A stretch of 63,629 nt of DNA, filler included, from Octopus bimaculoides (taxonomy: Eukaryota): the NCBI RefSeq assembly GCF_001194135.2. It is 5 parts of 5 records of this genome, joined end to end, with 100 filler letters (N's around TTAATTAATTAA, not from the genome) between each part and the next. Parts side by side here need not be neighbours in the genome. Positions count along the whole stretch, not along the records: positions 58,273 to 63,629 come from NC_068981.1; 4 more parts are not named here. The stretch is one strand, 5' to 3'. Position 1 is the stretch's first letter. Each line of letters begins with the position of its first letter. Shown here piece by piece: positions 63,116-63,629 of this stretch. A model generated the notes under the pieces. The model ran no database searches and was not told the origin of the DNA. It saw only the letters and a program-made list of their open reading frames with translations. The position numbers were made by a program, and so were the translations under genes.

Positions 63116-63369
63116 AAGGATTTTTTCAATTATTTTTATTATTATGATTATTATTATTAAGGCGTTGCGCTGGCAGAATCTTTAGCGCGACGGGCAAAAT
63201 GCTTAGCGGTATTTCGTCTCTCGTCACGTTCTGAGTTCAAATTCCGCCGAGGTCGACTTTGCCTTTCCTCCTTTCGGAGTCGATAGATTAAGTACCAGTT
63301 GCGTACAGGGGTCGATCTGATCGACTGGCCCCTCCCATAAAATTTAGGGCCTTGTGCCTATATTAGAAA

Positions 63370-63441
63370 GGATTATTATTATTATTGTTGTTGTTGTTGT
63401 TGTTATTTTTGTTTTTATTGTTATTGTTATTATTATTATTA

Positions 63442-63497
<56 letters not shown>

Positions 63498-63501
63498 GTT
63501 A

Positions 63502-63533
<32 letters not shown>

Positions 63534-63629
63534 GTTCAGTAGTTTTATTTTTATAACGTGCTTTCACTTCACTACCGAGCGCAGCTCTGTGCGCCTTGGG
63601 TATGTGCTCTAGTTTGCTGTGGTACTCTT
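63370..63629 (-). mobile_element. R4/Dong-type 3' UTR with long (TAA)n tail (runs off window)
   Basis: 63530-63590 matches 61830-61893 nearly exactly; adjacent long TTA/TTG tract. Confidence 0.7.

Noticed and set aside
62423-63612. Poly-Leu/Ile/Tyr ORFs as membrane or signal peptides
   Set aside because: They are translations of (TTA)n microsatellites.

Overview
AT-rich, repeat-dense animal genomic window with no prokaryotic features. The SINE and microsatellite repertoire looks like coleoid cephalopod, probably Octopus; this assignment is inference from recalled repeat families. Two convergent, intron-rich genes are supported by splice-phase-consistent exons. PDHX (E3-binding protein of pyruvate dehydrogenase) is on the + strand with 5 visible exons (25136-35876); one internal exon is inferred to lie in an N gap and the 5' exons are not found. 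CTBS (di-N-acetylchitobiase, GH18) is on the - strand with 5 visible exons (49325-41712); its first exons are not found. The rest is transposon-derived: a near-full-length degraded RTE LINE, Tx1/L1-type LINEs, several R4/Dong-type LINEs abutting (TAA)n, a Gypsy LTR element, Tc1/mariner, piggyBac-like, Merlin-like and Helitron non-autonomous elements, and dozens of copies of about four SINE families. Most notable observations: (i) minimal type I hammerhead ribozyme motifs, one in sense orientation inside a PDHX intron; (ii) a 56-aa C-terminal extension on PDHX; (iii) a complex inverted duplication scrambling Tx1 and R4 LINEs; (iv) inverted SINE pairs bracketing the CTBS catalytic exon; (v) a foldback element centred on a perfect telomere-repeat palindrome. 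All alignments and counts were done by eye, and repeat boundaries are approximate.
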